A DNA stretch of 64,000 nt from Candidatus Micrarchaeota archaeon (GCA_018819225.1 JAHJQN010000007.1:64001-128000), one strand, 5' to 3'; positions 19,645 through 29,374 are shown, counted from the first letter of the stretch. Numbers and translations are program-made. Notes: a model not told the origin generated them from the sequence alone.

Positions 19645-19881
19645 TGGCAGGAGAAGCCAAGAATTCGAGCGTCTCCCTCGCTAAAGAGGTAACGGGGCTT
19701 CCGCGCAAAACAAAGCCCGTCAGCATCGATATTCGGCTTTTGCTGCGAGCAATTCCGCGGGAAAAAAATAGGAATCCCCCGTGGAAGAGCCTAGGCGGTT
19801 TGGGCAGGGGAAAAACGGGTTCCGGTTCCGGGAATGAACGAACCGCGTGAAATCGGGTGCCCTCGAAGTTGCGCTCCTGCC
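19645..19881 (+). ncRNA. Unassigned multi-hairpin structured RNA (candidate)
   Basis: Ends pair (GGCAGGAG/CTCCTGCC, TTCGAG/CTCGAA); six internal hairpins; G-U pairs favour + strand; TATA-like sequence upstream. Confidence 0.5.
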
Positions 19882-20000
19882 CCCGCCGACTCCATTTCCC
19901 CCAACTCTATATACTAATTTCATTTCTATATATACTATAATCTAAAAATATATATCTCCGATTTCCGGGAATACGTTGGGGAAACCCCGAGGTGGCGGTC

Positions 20001-20078
20001 ATGGAACTTTGGTTGCTGGGCGCATTGCTGGTCGGCTGGATCATCTCCAGTAGCGACTTCGGCGAAGCCGGATTTTGA
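20001..20078 (+). CDS. Small hydrophobic peptide (25 aa)
   Basis: MELWLLGALLVGWIISSSDFGEAGF with GAGGTGG SD. Confidence 0.45.
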   Translation: MELWLLGALLVGWIISSSDFGEAGF

Positions 20079-20088
20079 GGCGGTGGGC

Positions 20089-20202
20089 ATGTTGGAAATC
20101 GCTCCTTTTCTATTGCTGCTCGCCATCATTCTGCCGAGGATGATTTCCGAACGTCGGGGAAGCGCCTCGGCCGTACGCGGAAATGATCTGACGCGGTTCT
20201 AG
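20089..20202 (+). CDS. Small single-TM peptide (37 aa)
   Basis: MLEIAPFLLLLAIILPRMISERR..., GCGGTGG SD. Confidence 0.4.
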   Translation: MLEIAPFLLLLAIILPRMISERRGSASAVRGNDLTRF

Positions 20203-20254
20203 AAAAGAAAAAAAGAGACCACGCGCCGGCTGCTGCACCGGGGATGCGGCCGGC
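20203..20254 (-). terminator. GC hairpin plus T-tract downstream of ssb
   Basis: GCCGGCTGC...GCGGCCGGC stem, then a T-run on the minus strand. Confidence 0.5.
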
Positions 20255-20262
20255 TATTCCAT

Positions 20263-20550
20263 TTAGCCGAGTACTTCCATTTTTCCGAATTTTCCTAGAG
20301 TCAACTGCGTTTTATCCTGCCACGAATTCACGTACCCGTTCGTAATCTGGATCTTGTTGCCCACCTGCACTTTGTCGATGTGGTCATTCCACAACACGAG
20401 CGTGATCGTGCCGGTCTCATCCTTCAACGTCGCGTTGGCAACGCGCAAGGTCCGTCCCGTCTTGTTGATTTCCCTGGGCGGTTCAATTTCCACGATTTCG
20501 GCTTCCAGGTCCACGTTGGACGTGCCGGTCTTCAAATCTTTAATCTGCAT
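20263..20550 (-). CDS. ssb: Single OB-fold ssDNA-binding protein (SSB/RPA)
   Basis: IKDLK...VANATLKDETGTITLVLWN...I.NGYV. Confidence 0.9.
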   Translation of the reverse strand: MQIKDLKTGTSNVDLEAEIVEIEPPREINKTGRTLRVANATLKDETGTITLVLWNDHIDKVQVGNKIQITNGYVNSWQDKTQLTLGKFGKMEVLG

Positions 20551-20618
20551 ATATCCCACCTTTTTTTTCCAAATGAGTAGCAATCGTTATTGTTTCCTGC
20601 AGAACATTTATAATCCCT

Positions 20619-21029
20619 TTACCCCCTTTTTCGAAAAATTAATTTCATCCGTTGTTCCCCGTTTCTTGCTTCCGTTTCCCATTCTCCGGGATCGAATTCC
20701 CACGAGCCGGGCTCCGTATTCGCTCGCACCCCCTCCTCAAATGAACGCCTCTTTCCCTCCCCGAATTCCATTCGCATCATCCCCTCTTCCACCGAAAGAT
20801 TCGTGGCCGTAGAAAACGATACGGTCATCCGTAGGACGGTCCCCTTACCCAACGCTTCTGATTCTTTCAACAAGGAGACGATTTGCTGCCACGCCTGTTT
20901 CTGCTGTTGAATGCCTTGCGTTTCTTTCAGTGCCTCTTGCGCGTTTCCCACCACCGGCATCCACATAACCAGCACGCCCGCTACCGCGGCCGTCAGCACC
21001 AACAGCTCGAGGCTCACCTGGCATTTCAT
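20619..21029 (-). CDS. Type IV pilin-like protein (class III signal peptide)
   Basis: MKC|QVSLELLVLTAAVAGVLV; ATGA overlap with upstream pilin. Confidence 0.75.
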   Translation of the reverse strand: MKCQVSLELLVLTAAVAGVLVMWMPVVGNAQEALKETQGIQQQKQAWQQIVSLLKESEALGKGTVLRMTVSFSTATNLSVEEGMMRMEFGEGKRRSFEEGVRANTEPGSWEFDPGEWETEARNGEQRMKLIFRKRG

Positions 21030-21205
21030 TTGATTTTGTCGACTTGGTCCCACACGGCTTTCGTTTTTTTCTCGAGCGTGGCACTCCCCTCCTTTGCACT
21101 CTTCTGCAACTGCGTCACGAGCACGAGCGCCACGGCCACGAGTGCCGCAATCACGATAATCAATTCGGCCGAAATCTGCGCTTCTTGCTCTCTCCAAAAA
21201 CCCAT
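21026..21205 (-). CDS. Small type IV pilin (59 aa)
   Basis: Not in track: MGFWREQEA|QISAELIIVIAALVAVALVLV... Confidence 0.8.
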   Translation of the reverse strand: MGFWREQEAQISAELIIVIAALVAVALVLVTQLQKSAKEGSATLEKKTKAVWDQVDKIK

Positions 21206-21309
21206 GCAGCCTCACCGTTCCGATTAGCTCTCCATCGGCCGCACGTTTGCCTTCGAATTCAAATAGTTATATCGTATCGGGTGCTAATAAATTTTTCGAA
21301 AGGGTGTTT

Positions 21310-23046
21310 TCAACCCACTTCGATGAATTCCTTGCTTTTCTTCAACGCCGCGTCCTTCCGGCTCCCCGGCTTGTTCAACTTCAACCGCTCCGTATTCCCA
21401 TCCTTTCGGTACGTCAACCCGAACTGTTTCAACAACACTTTCGCTCCTTCGTGTTTATCGTACACGTCCTTCACTTCTCCGTGCACGCCGCTTTCCCCTT
21501 CCATCACGATCACGCGATCGACCGTATTAAACAAGAACTCCAAATCATGATCCACCAACAACACCGCGCGCCCTTCTTTGACGCGTTCCCTCAGCATTTT
21601 CGACAAGCGAATTCTGCCGCTCACATCCAGCATGTTCGTGGGCTCGTCGAGAACATAAACGGATTTTTCCTGATTCAACGCCTCGTAAATGCGCAGTTTC
21701 TGCAGTTCGCCCCCGCTCAAGTCACTGGTTCGCAAAAACTCGAGGCGTTTCAAGTCCATGGTGCGCACGAAGGTTTCCGCGAACAGGTCCAATGGCGTCA
21801 ACGTATTCGCGACCAGTTCGTCATCCCGCACCAAGAGCTGCGTTTTCATGGCCGTCCGCGCCTCATTTTTTTCATGCAATGCCTGCATCCACGTGCTTTT
21901 TCCGATTCCGTTCGGTCCCGCGATGCCTATGATTTCCCCATCGCGTACCAATACCTCTTTCCGATTCTCGACTTCAAAGCTCCCGCGAGTCAACCTCGTT
22001 TTCGCAAGCGTTAACACCCCATTCTTTTTTTGCTCTTCCGCATAGTGCCTGTACGCCAACGAATCCTTTCGGAACCGCACGTTTTCGGGTCCGATGAATC
22101 CTTCGAGAAACATGTTGATGGCCCGATCCGTTCCATAGACTTGCGATACGATTCCGTATGCGGCCGGTGTCCCATACAACACGTGCGCTTGCGGGCAAAC
22201 GTACGACAATAGCGAGATGTCGTGATCCACGAGCAACACGTTTTTTTCCGCGAAGTGATTTTTCAGGTATTCGATGAGTCGGATACGATACGTGTAATCC
22301 ATGAACGCGAACGGCTCGTCCAGCAAGTACGTTTCCTTTTCCCGCAGCAACGCGGCGGCTACGGTCACTTGCTGCAATTCGCCTCCGCTCAATTCATCCA
22401 GTTTTCTTCCATAGAGCCGCTTCAAATCGAACACGCGTTCGATAGCCCTCAATCGGTCGGCCTCGTCAATGCCCTTCAATACCGCTTCCACGTTTTTTCC
22501 CGAGCGCACCGCGTTCAATTCCTGCGGCTTCCACACGACGCGCTTTTCATCCAACGCCTTGAAGTACTCTTGAATTTCTTTCGTGGGCATCCGTTGCGGC
22601 GTCAACTGCTTTGCTAACAGCTTCAAGTTCGTGCTTTTTCCGCACCCGTTTTCTCCCACGACCGCGATCAAGCCCTTTCGGGGTATCGCCATCCGATACA
22701 ATCCAAACGCGTTATATCCGTAAGAGAACACGCGCTCCTCTTCCTTGGCTTCCGCGAGATTCACGATCGTGATCGCGTGAAACGGACATACTTTAGGACA
22801 AATTCCGCACCCCGTGCACAGTCCGGGGTCGATTTCCGCCCGGCTATTCATACGCTCGTCGTTGGTATACTCGCGTTTCGTCACGTGCTCAGGCGCTTGT
22901 TCCGTTACGTCCCCTTTCTTTTTCCGCCGGTCCACTAAATAGAGGCAATCTTTTCCAACCCGGTTGACGGGACAATTCTTGACGCACTCCAAATTGCACT
23001 TCAACGGAAAGCACAGCTTGGGGTCGATCACCGCGATTCTAGGCAT
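21310..23046 (-). CDS. ABCE1/RLI ribosome recycling ATPase
   Basis: Two Fe-S Cys clusters, GENGCGKST, GPNGIGKST, two LSGGELQ signatures. Confidence 0.95.
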   Translation of the reverse strand: MPRIAVIDPKLCFPLKCNLECVKNCPVNRVGKDCLYLVDRRKKKGDVTEQAPEHVTKREYTNDERMNSRAEIDPGLCTGCGICPKVCPFHAITIVNLAEAKEEERVFSYGYNAFGLYRMAIPRKGLIAVVGENGCGKSTNLKLLAKQLTPQRMPTKEIQEYFKALDEKRVVWKPQELNAVRSGKNVEAVLKGIDEADRLRAIERVFDLKRLYGRKLDELSGGELQQVTVAAALLREKETYLLDEPFAFMDYTYRIRLIEYLKNHFAEKNVLLVDHDISLLSYVCPQAHVLYGTPAAYGIVSQVYGTDRAINMFLEGFIGPENVRFRKDSLAYRHYAEEQKKNGVLTLAKTRLTRGSFEVENRKEVLVRDGEIIGIAGPNGIGKSTWMQALHEKNEARTAMKTQLLVRDDELVANTLTPLDLFAETFVRTMDLKRLEFLRTSDLSGGELQKLRIYEALNQEKSVYVLDEPTNMLDVSGRIRLSKMLRERVKEGRAVLLVDHDLEFLFNTVDRVIVMEGESGVHGEVKDVYDKHEGAKVLLKQFGLTYRKDGNTERLKLNKPGSRKDAALKKSKEFIEVG

Positions 23047-23191
23047 ACTCCTCTCTTTCACTGCCAACATTTATTTAACGTTCTTTACCTCGTTCCTCGC
23101 AGAAACCAAATGTATTTATACTTACGCTCCCTCATTCGATAGTTTTTTAGAGCGTACCCGTAGTCTGATCAATGCTGATCGGTGGTTATCC

Positions 23192-23908
23192 ATGTATCCT
23201 CAACAACAAGCTCAATACGACCGAGCCATTACCGTGTTTTCTCCGGATGGGCGACTTTTTCAAGTCGAGTACGCTCGCGAAGCCGTACGCACTGGCACAC
23301 CGTGCGTCGGACTCGTATGCAAAGACGCCGTGTTGTTGGCGGCGTTCAAGCGCATTCCCTCGTCCCTCGTTGTGCCCGATTCGCATGAAAAGATTTTCCA
23401 GATCGACCAACACATTTCCGCAGCATCTTCAGGACTCGTGGCCGACGCACGCAAGCTCGTGGATTTCTCACGCACGGAAAGCCAAAAGCACCGCATCACG
23501 TTCGGAAACGCCATCCCGATTGAAACCCTATCCAAGAAAATCGGCGACCATATTCAAATGTACACGCAATACGGCGGCGTGCGGCCATACGGCGTTTCCT
23601 TGCTGATTGCCGGAATGAATAACGGCTACCGCTTGTTTGAAACCGATCCATCCGGCGCGTTGTTTGAGTACAAAGCGGCTGCGATTGGCTCCGGCAAGAA
23701 GGTGGTCGAGGCCATTTTCCAGAAAGAGTATAAGGACTCGTTATCCACGCACGAGGGCGTCAAACTCGCTCTCAAGGCCTTGAAGAAAGCCGTGGAAGAC
23801 AAACTTCACGCCGATAACGTGGACCTCGCCATCATCTCCAAGGAGAAGCAGGGCATGCATCTCCTCTCGAAGGAAGACGTGGCAAAGCACCTTGCGGAGT
23901 TGCGCTGA
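23192..23908 (+). CDS. psmA: Proteasome alpha subunit
   Basis: YDRAITVFSPDGRLFQVEYAREAV. Confidence 0.97.
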   Translation: MYPQQQAQYDRAITVFSPDGRLFQVEYAREAVRTGTPCVGLVCKDAVLLAAFKRIPSSLVVPDSHEKIFQIDQHISAASSGLVADARKLVDFSRTESQKHRITFGNAIPIETLSKKIGDHIQMYTQYGGVRPYGVSLLIAGMNNGYRLFETDPSGALFEYKAAAIGSGKKVVEAIFQKEYKDSLSTHEGVKLALKALKKAVEDKLHADNVDLAIISKEKQGMHLLSKEDVAKHLAELR

Positions 23909-23958
23909 AACCCGTTCAACACCCTTTTTAATTCGTGCTCTTCCCTATAGCACTAGCC

Positions 23959-24648
23959 ATGAGCCAGATTGCCAATACCCTCATCGCACGCTACGAGAAA
24001 AACAGCCAGCGCTTCGAAGTACTTATTGATCCGAAGAAGGGCCCGGATTTTAAGAGCGGTGCGAAAAAGGATTTCGATAACGTGCTCATGTTCGACGAAG
24101 TGTTCAAAGACGCGAACAAAGGCGAGCGTCAAACATCGGCGGCCATCCAAAAAGCGTTCGGGACCACGGATCCCCTGGAAGTCGCCCAGATCATCATTCG
24201 CGAGGGCGACCTGCAAATTACGACGGACCAGCGCCGCAAGCTCCTGGAAGACAAGAAGCGCAAAGTCATTGACTTAATCGCCCGCAATTGCATGGATCCG
24301 AAGGCGAAAGCCCCCCACCCGCCTCATCGCATCGAACGGGCGTTGGAGGAAGCGCGGTTCCGTTTTGATGCGTTCAAGACGCCCGAGGAACAAATGGCGG
24401 ATGCCATCGAATCCATTCGCGAGATCCTTCCCATCAGCCTCGAAAAGCTCAAGATCGCGGTGCGTATTCCTGTCGAATTCGCTCCTCGAAGCTACGGCAC
24501 GCTGAAAGAATACGGCATCCGGAAAGAGGAGTGGGGGTCGGACGGCTCACTCATGGCCGTCATCGAAATAGCGGTCGGCATTCGCGGGGAAGTCTATGAC
24601 CGCTTGAACAAGCTGACGGGCGGCCAAGTCCAGACGAAAGAACTCTGA
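23959..24648 (+). CDS. Ribosome maturation factor SBDS/Sdo1
   Basis: FEVLIDP, FGTTD, DPK...PHPP.RIE. Confidence 0.95.
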   Translation: MSQIANTLIARYEKNSQRFEVLIDPKKGPDFKSGAKKDFDNVLMFDEVFKDANKGERQTSAAIQKAFGTTDPLEVAQIIIREGDLQITTDQRRKLLEDKKRKVIDLIARNCMDPKAKAPHPPHRIERALEEARFRFDAFKTPEEQMADAIESIREILPISLEKLKIAVRIPVEFAPRSYGTLKEYGIRKEEWGSDGSLMAVIEIAVGIRGEVYDRLNKLTGGQVQTKEL

Positions 24649-24810
24649 ACGTCACCCATAGCTTTATTAAACAATTCAAGCATGAGTGTTTTCTGCTGAT
24701 ATTTGACTGCTGTAGAGCGATTCCATCAGCGTTCCCATTTCTGCATTTCTTAGGCGAAGTGATTGTTCAAGCAGGCGCGTTGCACTGCTTTTTAGAAGGT
24801 AGCAAAAACC

Positions 24811-25470
24811 ATGAAAGATTTTATTGTCCCTGGCGAAGTCGTTTATGACCAACCCCGCCGTTTCGACGGCAGCTTTGTCGACCGCGAAAAAACCTTCGCG
24901 TCCGTGCTTTCCGTCAAATACGACGACCGCGTCGTGGCGTTGAAAGGCCTGTACACGCCCGTTGTGAGCGATTACGTGATCGGAATCATTAAGCACGAGT
25001 TGTTCAGCGGTTACAAAGTCGACTTGAATTCCCCGTACATTGGCATGCTCTCTTCCCGCGACTTGCGCGAGCGCTTTGAAGTCGGCCAAGTCATTTCAGT
25101 CGTCATCCGCATGGCCGATGAAGTCAAGGAAGCGGAGCTGGTCGAGCCCCGTCGCTTGTGGGGCGGTCGCGTCATAGAAATTCCTGCGGTAAAAATTCCT
25201 CGCGTGATCGGACGCAATAACTCGATGGTGTCCTTGCTCGAACAATATACGGGCTGCCGGATTTTCGTTGGCAAGAACGGTCGCGTCTACGTTAAAGGGG
25301 ATAACACGTCGCTCGCGATTGAATCCGTCATGAAAATTGCTCGAGAAGCTCACATGCACGGTCTTACGGACCGCATCAAATCCTTTTTAGAAGACGAAAC
25401 GAAGGCCGGCCATCTCGCCAGCGAGATCGGTTCGCCGTTCCAGGCGTCGCCTTCGCCAGAAACGAAGTGA
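24811..25470 (+). CDS. rrp4: Exosome RNA-binding subunit Rrp4
   Basis: IVPGE, S1 domain, KIPRVIG, GKNGRV; operon context. Confidence 0.93.
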   Translation: MKDFIVPGEVVYDQPRRFDGSFVDREKTFASVLSVKYDDRVVALKGLYTPVVSDYVIGIIKHELFSGYKVDLNSPYIGMLSSRDLRERFEVGQVISVVIRMADEVKEAELVEPRRLWGGRVIEIPAVKIPRVIGRNNSMVSLLEQYTGCRIFVGKNGRVYVKGDNTSLAIESVMKIAREAHMHGLTDRIKSFLEDETKAGHLASEIGSPFQASPSPETK

Positions 25471-25476
25471 TCCCGT

Positions 25477-26220
25477 ATGGAAAAAGAAAAAAAGAAGTTG
25501 ATTGTGGATGGAAAGCGCGTGAACGGTCGCGGCTTTGACGATTTGCGCCCTCTGAAAGTGACGGCGGGCGTGCTCAAGCGTGCGGACGGTAGCGCCATGA
25601 TTGAATGGGGGCGCAACAAAGTGTTGGCCGCGGTTTACGGACCCCGGGAAGTCTTTCCCAAACATTTGTCGGATGTAAAAAAAGCGATTATCAACTGCCG
25701 CTATTCCATGGCTCCGTTCAGCGGCATGGAAGAACACGGCCGCTCGGGCCCGAACCGCCGCGCCATTGAAATCGGAAAGGTCGCCAAGCACGTATTCGAG
25801 AATGCGGTGTTGACGCACCAATTCCCCAAAACGCAGATTGACATTAGCATGGAGGTACTGCAAAGCGACGGCGGCACGCGTGTGGCCGCTATTACGGCTG
25901 CCAGTGTGGCTCTTGCCGATGCTGGCATTCCCATGCGCGATTTAGTGCAAGGGGTTTCGATTGGTCGCGTGGAAGGGCAACTCATCGTGGACCTTGACAA
26001 GTACGAAGACAATCTTGGCGAAGCGGATGTACCGCTTATTGTTTCTCTCCGCAGCAAGGAAGTTCTGCTGTTCCAACAGGACGGCAGGATCAGCCGCGAG
26101 GAATTGCAAAAAATGTTTGAACTCGGTTTCAAGGGCGCTGAACTCGTCCGCGACGTGCAAGTGCAGGCGCTACGCCAACGCTACTTCGAAACCGGTGACG
26201 AGTTGAATAACCATGGCTAG
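25477..26220 (+). CDS. rrp41: Exosome subunit Rrp41
   Basis: RADGSA, GPRE, QSDGGTR, DAGIPM. Confidence 0.96.
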   Translation: MEKEKKKLIVDGKRVNGRGFDDLRPLKVTAGVLKRADGSAMIEWGRNKVLAAVYGPREVFPKHLSDVKKAIINCRYSMAPFSGMEEHGRSGPNRRAIEIGKVAKHVFENAVLTHQFPKTQIDISMEVLQSDGGTRVAAITAASVALADAGIPMRDLVQGVSIGRVEGQLIVDLDKYEDNLGEADVPLIVSLRSKEVLLFQQDGRISREELQKMFELGFKGAELVRDVQVQALRQRYFETGDELNNHG

Positions 26221-27004
26221 AGAATCAGAAATCTTGGACGAAATCAAGGCGGAATACGTCAAAGATTTGTTGAAGCAAAACAAACGCGTGGATGACCGCG
26301 GTTTAATGGACTACCGCGCATTCTCCATTGAAAAAGGCGTGTTTCCGAATGCGGAAGGCAGTGCGATGGCGCATTTGGGCGACACGAAAGTCGCCGCGGG
26401 AATTAAATTCGACATTGTAAAACCGTACGCCGACCGTCCTACGGAAGGCGTTTTTACGGTGCAAGCAGAATATCTTCCATTAGCGCACCCGACGTTTGAA
26501 TCGGGTCCGCCCCGCGAAAATGCCATCGAGCTCGCGCGTCTCGTGGACCGCGGAATTCGTTCCGCGGAATGCGTGGATACGGCTTCCTTTTTTGTGGAAG
26601 AAGAGAAGGTGCTCGGCATGTTTCTCGACGTATACGTGTTGGATCACAACGGCAACCTCGCGGATTGTGCTGCACTCGCTGGAATGAGCGCATTGGCCAA
26701 CGCGAAATTCCCGAAAATTGAGGATGGCGCGATCGTTCGACAAGAATTCAAGGGCCCGCTTCCTTTGGCCCGCCACGTGGTATCCGCGACCTTTGAGAAA
26801 ATCAATGGCGTTCCGATTCTCGACGCGGTATCTGAAGAAGATACGGCTTCTGACGGCCGCATCACCTTGGCGATTAGCAGCGACGGATTTCTATGTGCTG
26901 CCCAAAAAGCGAAGAGTGCCGGCTTCACCTCCGACGAACTTCTCTCGTTGTTCGATGTCGCCAAAGAAAAGACGAAGCCGCTGTTAGACGCCGTTCAAAA
27001 GTGA
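26213..27004 (+). CDS. rrp42: Exosome subunit Rrp42
   Basis: AEGSA, FESGPP..AIELARLVDRGIR, DHNGN. Confidence 0.95.
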   Translation: MARESEILDEIKAEYVKDLLKQNKRVDDRGLMDYRAFSIEKGVFPNAEGSAMAHLGDTKVAAGIKFDIVKPYADRPTEGVFTVQAEYLPLAHPTFESGPPRENAIELARLVDRGIRSAECVDTASFFVEEEKVLGMFLDVYVLDHNGNLADCAALAGMSALANAKFPKIEDGAIVRQEFKGPLPLARHVVSATFEKINGVPILDAVSEEDTASDGRITLAISSDGFLCAAQKAKSAGFTSDELLSLFDVAKEKTKPLLDAVQK

Positions 27005-27246
27005 TGGTTATGGGTTCCCGTTACGGAGTACGCATTCGAAAACGCGAGAACGCGGTTCTGAAACAACAACATACCAAATACGCGTGTCCCTCGTGCGGTA
27101 AACGCCGGGTCAAACGCCGAGGCTTCGCGCTTTGGGAGTGTACGTTCTGCGAGAAGAAGATCGCAGGCGGCGCCTACGCACTGGAAACCGCGGTCGGAGT
27201 CACTGCCAAGAAAACCTTGATTTCTTCTCTTCAAGGAAAGAAATAG
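27004..27246 (+). CDS. rpl37ae: 50S ribosomal protein L37Ae (eL43)
   Basis: SRYG..IRK, CPSC...VKR...WEC..C...AGGAY. Confidence 0.95.
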   Translation: MVMGSRYGVRIRKRENAVLKQQHTKYACPSCGKRRVKRRGFALWECTFCEKKIAGGAYALETAVGVTAKKTLISSLQGKK

Positions 27247-27260
27247 CGTTCCTTTTTTTG

Positions 27261-28088
27261 GTGCATCCGGTGCTGCTTCTCCTCAACGCTCGCTTTCCTA
27301 AGCTTCAACTGAGTTATTCATTGAAAGGCGAGCTCACGACCAACGAAATCGCTTCCGCACTCCGCGATGCGCAATCCTTACTCCAACGCACGATTTATTC
27401 GTATGCCCCCGTCAACGAATCGGGTATAGCCGCCCACGCTAAACTCCCTGCATCTTCCATCCATAACGTAGCCCAACTCGCTTCCCACGTTCACGCACTC
27501 AAACCCAAGGCCCTCGAAGAATCCCTGCTTCCCTTTGTTAAAGATGACCGGGATCCCGAATTCTTAATTCGGAAAAAGTGCGAACCCGCGGTTCTTGTTG
27601 CACAATGCGCCTATTTCCGTGTCCTCTACGAAAACCTATTCCCCCCCGCTCCGGTTACCCCGAAGGGAACGGTTTCCAAGAACGAATTCCGTTTTGCCGC
27701 CCAACTTCCCAAATGGACGGTCGTACGCAAAGCCAATCTGGACATCGCGGAAAACAAAGAGGTTTTCGCGACGCTGGTCGCGACCTATGAAGGCGTTTCC
27801 CGCAAAGCCTTTGAATACGCGCCGGACTCCCCCGCGCCTGTTTCGACTATTGAAACGTTCTTATCCGCTTACCCTCCACGCAAGTCCCTTTCCCGCTTGT
27901 CGCAAATGCTCACCGCATTATTGGAAAAGCGCGTGCTGGACCCTCTTTCGGAGCCCGCGCGCGCTTACTTTATTCAACGAATTTTCGCGCAAGCCGGCTA
28001 TCCTATTTATGCCAGCATTGACGTCGTCAACCGCGTCTATCCCGAGCTGAAAATCCCGAAGCCCAGAGGAAGGCTTAAAAAGGACTAA
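27261..28088 (+). CDS. DUF2666-like protein
   Basis: F.A...KW.VVRK, C-terminal YPELKIPKPRGR; start uncertain. Confidence 0.6.
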   Translation: MHPVLLLLNARFPKLQLSYSLKGELTTNEIASALRDAQSLLQRTIYSYAPVNESGIAAHAKLPASSIHNVAQLASHVHALKPKALEESLLPFVKDDRDPEFLIRKKCEPAVLVAQCAYFRVLYENLFPPAPVTPKGTVSKNEFRFAAQLPKWTVVRKANLDIAENKEVFATLVATYEGVSRKAFEYAPDSPAPVSTIETFLSAYPPRKSLSRLSQMLTALLEKRVLDPLSEPARAYFIQRIFAQAGYPIYASIDVVNRVYPELKIPKPRGRLKKD

Positions 28089-28113
28089 AAATTAATGCGT
28101 GCGGTGATCCGTA

Positions 28114-28362
28114 ATGGCCAGTGGTTTTCCGTTTGATGAGAAAATTGTATTTACGGTATCGGTCTTCCTGTTTATCCTGTTGTCCGTAATTTACTTCCAG
28201 GAAACTGATTTCGCGATCTCGTACACGAGCGCGATTGGCGCCACCCTTTCGGTGCTCATGTTATACCTGATGTACAAGCTGCACACGCTCGAGAACATGC
28301 CGCACACCGTCATCACGTCGGTTCCCCGGGCGGCCAGTTCAAAGAAACGCCGACGCCGCTAA
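28114..28362 (+). CDS. Small 2-TM membrane protein with basic tail
   Basis: GGTGAT SD; two hydrophobic helices. Confidence 0.7.
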   Translation: MASGFPFDEKIVFTVSVFLFILLSVIYFQETDFAISYTSAIGATLSVLMLYLMYKLHTLENMPHTVITSVPRAASSKKRRRR

Positions 28363-28402
28363 TTTTTTCTTTATTTTCTCTTTTTTTGAACCCTATTCTT
28401 AT

Positions 28403-29266
28403 TCAGGTGCGCCGCACGTGGAAATCTCGATGCGCAAAGCGCTCGCGAGCCGCTACGGCTCTTGCGGTTCCTTCCCGCTGCCTCCACGAAAACGCGGATA
28501 CCATTTCTCCCGGCCTTGGTTGCGCTAACGATCGCATCAACCGACTACTCAAATGCCCCGTGTCCCGTAATCGTTCCCTGAACTGCTCCAACTCTTTTCT
28601 TTGAATCTCCCCCGTCTCTGCTTTCCATGCGCGTTCCAATGCGTCTAGCACGACGGGGTTCTTGCTTTGATTTAACGCTTCCAAAAACTTAATTCCGGCT
28701 TGGCGTTTATTCATGCGAGTGTCTGAAATCGTTTTTTTGAAAGAAGTTCCCGAACGTCCGTCATGCACGAGACGAAGTCTCAAATTGTCGATCCATCCTT
28801 GTTGGACTTGGGCGCGTCCGTCTCTTTTTTCCATTCTTCCGAATAGTGTTTCCAGCATATCGTACGCATTCGCGTGCTGTTCGTTATCCAGTGAATCGGC
28901 ATGCGTCCCCAACGATGCCGTGTATCCCGTTCCTTCGGCCACTTCATGAAGCGCTCGTACGTGTTTGGGTTCCAACTGCATGCGTGCAGCTAAACTCCCG
29001 AAACGCAGGCGCTCCGAGTTCGTTTGAGGCACATGCGTCTGATTCGTATATGCCGAAGCGATTTCTTTCTGCAATCCAATGGTCTGATGTTGCCGTATCG
29101 CCAAATGCGTCATCAAACCTCCTATGGCTCCGATCGCGACGGTGGTACCTATAACGGATCTCCAATTCTGCTGCCACCAATTCGGCCTCCGGTGATCCAT
29201 TACATCTCTTCCATTCCACGATTCGCCTCGGTTTTTTCCTCCAAATAATTTTACCATATGCTTCAC
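28403..29266 (-). CDS. Hypothetical basic protein, one TM
   Basis: 287-aa ORF with no recognised motif. Confidence 0.6.
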   Translation of the reverse strand: MKHMVKLFGGKNRGESWNGRDVMDHRRPNWWQQNWRSVIGTTVAIGAIGGLMTHLAIRQHQTIGLQKEIASAYTNQTHVPQTNSERLRFGSLAARMQLEPKHVRALHEVAEGTGYTASLGTHADSLDNEQHANAYDMLETLFGRMEKRDGRAQVQQGWIDNLRLRLVHDGRSGTSFKKTISDTRMNKRQAGIKFLEALNQSKNPVVLDALERAWKAETGEIQRKELEQFRERLRDTGHLSSRLMRSLAQPRPGEMVSAFSWRQREGTARAVAARERFAHRDFHVRRT

Positions 29267-29374
29267 CAGCCCCTGATTCTTTTTTTCTGTTAGTACTCCT
29301 TAATAATAACCGCGTTGCTTTCTCTCCCCTTAATCCCAAGCGCTTAAATGCTTGTTCTTTCCTCAAATAGTTTA

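Noticed and set aside
19645-19881. Calling the element SRP RNA or RNase P RNA
   Set aside because: Diagnostic motifs not found in proper order on either strand; left unassigned
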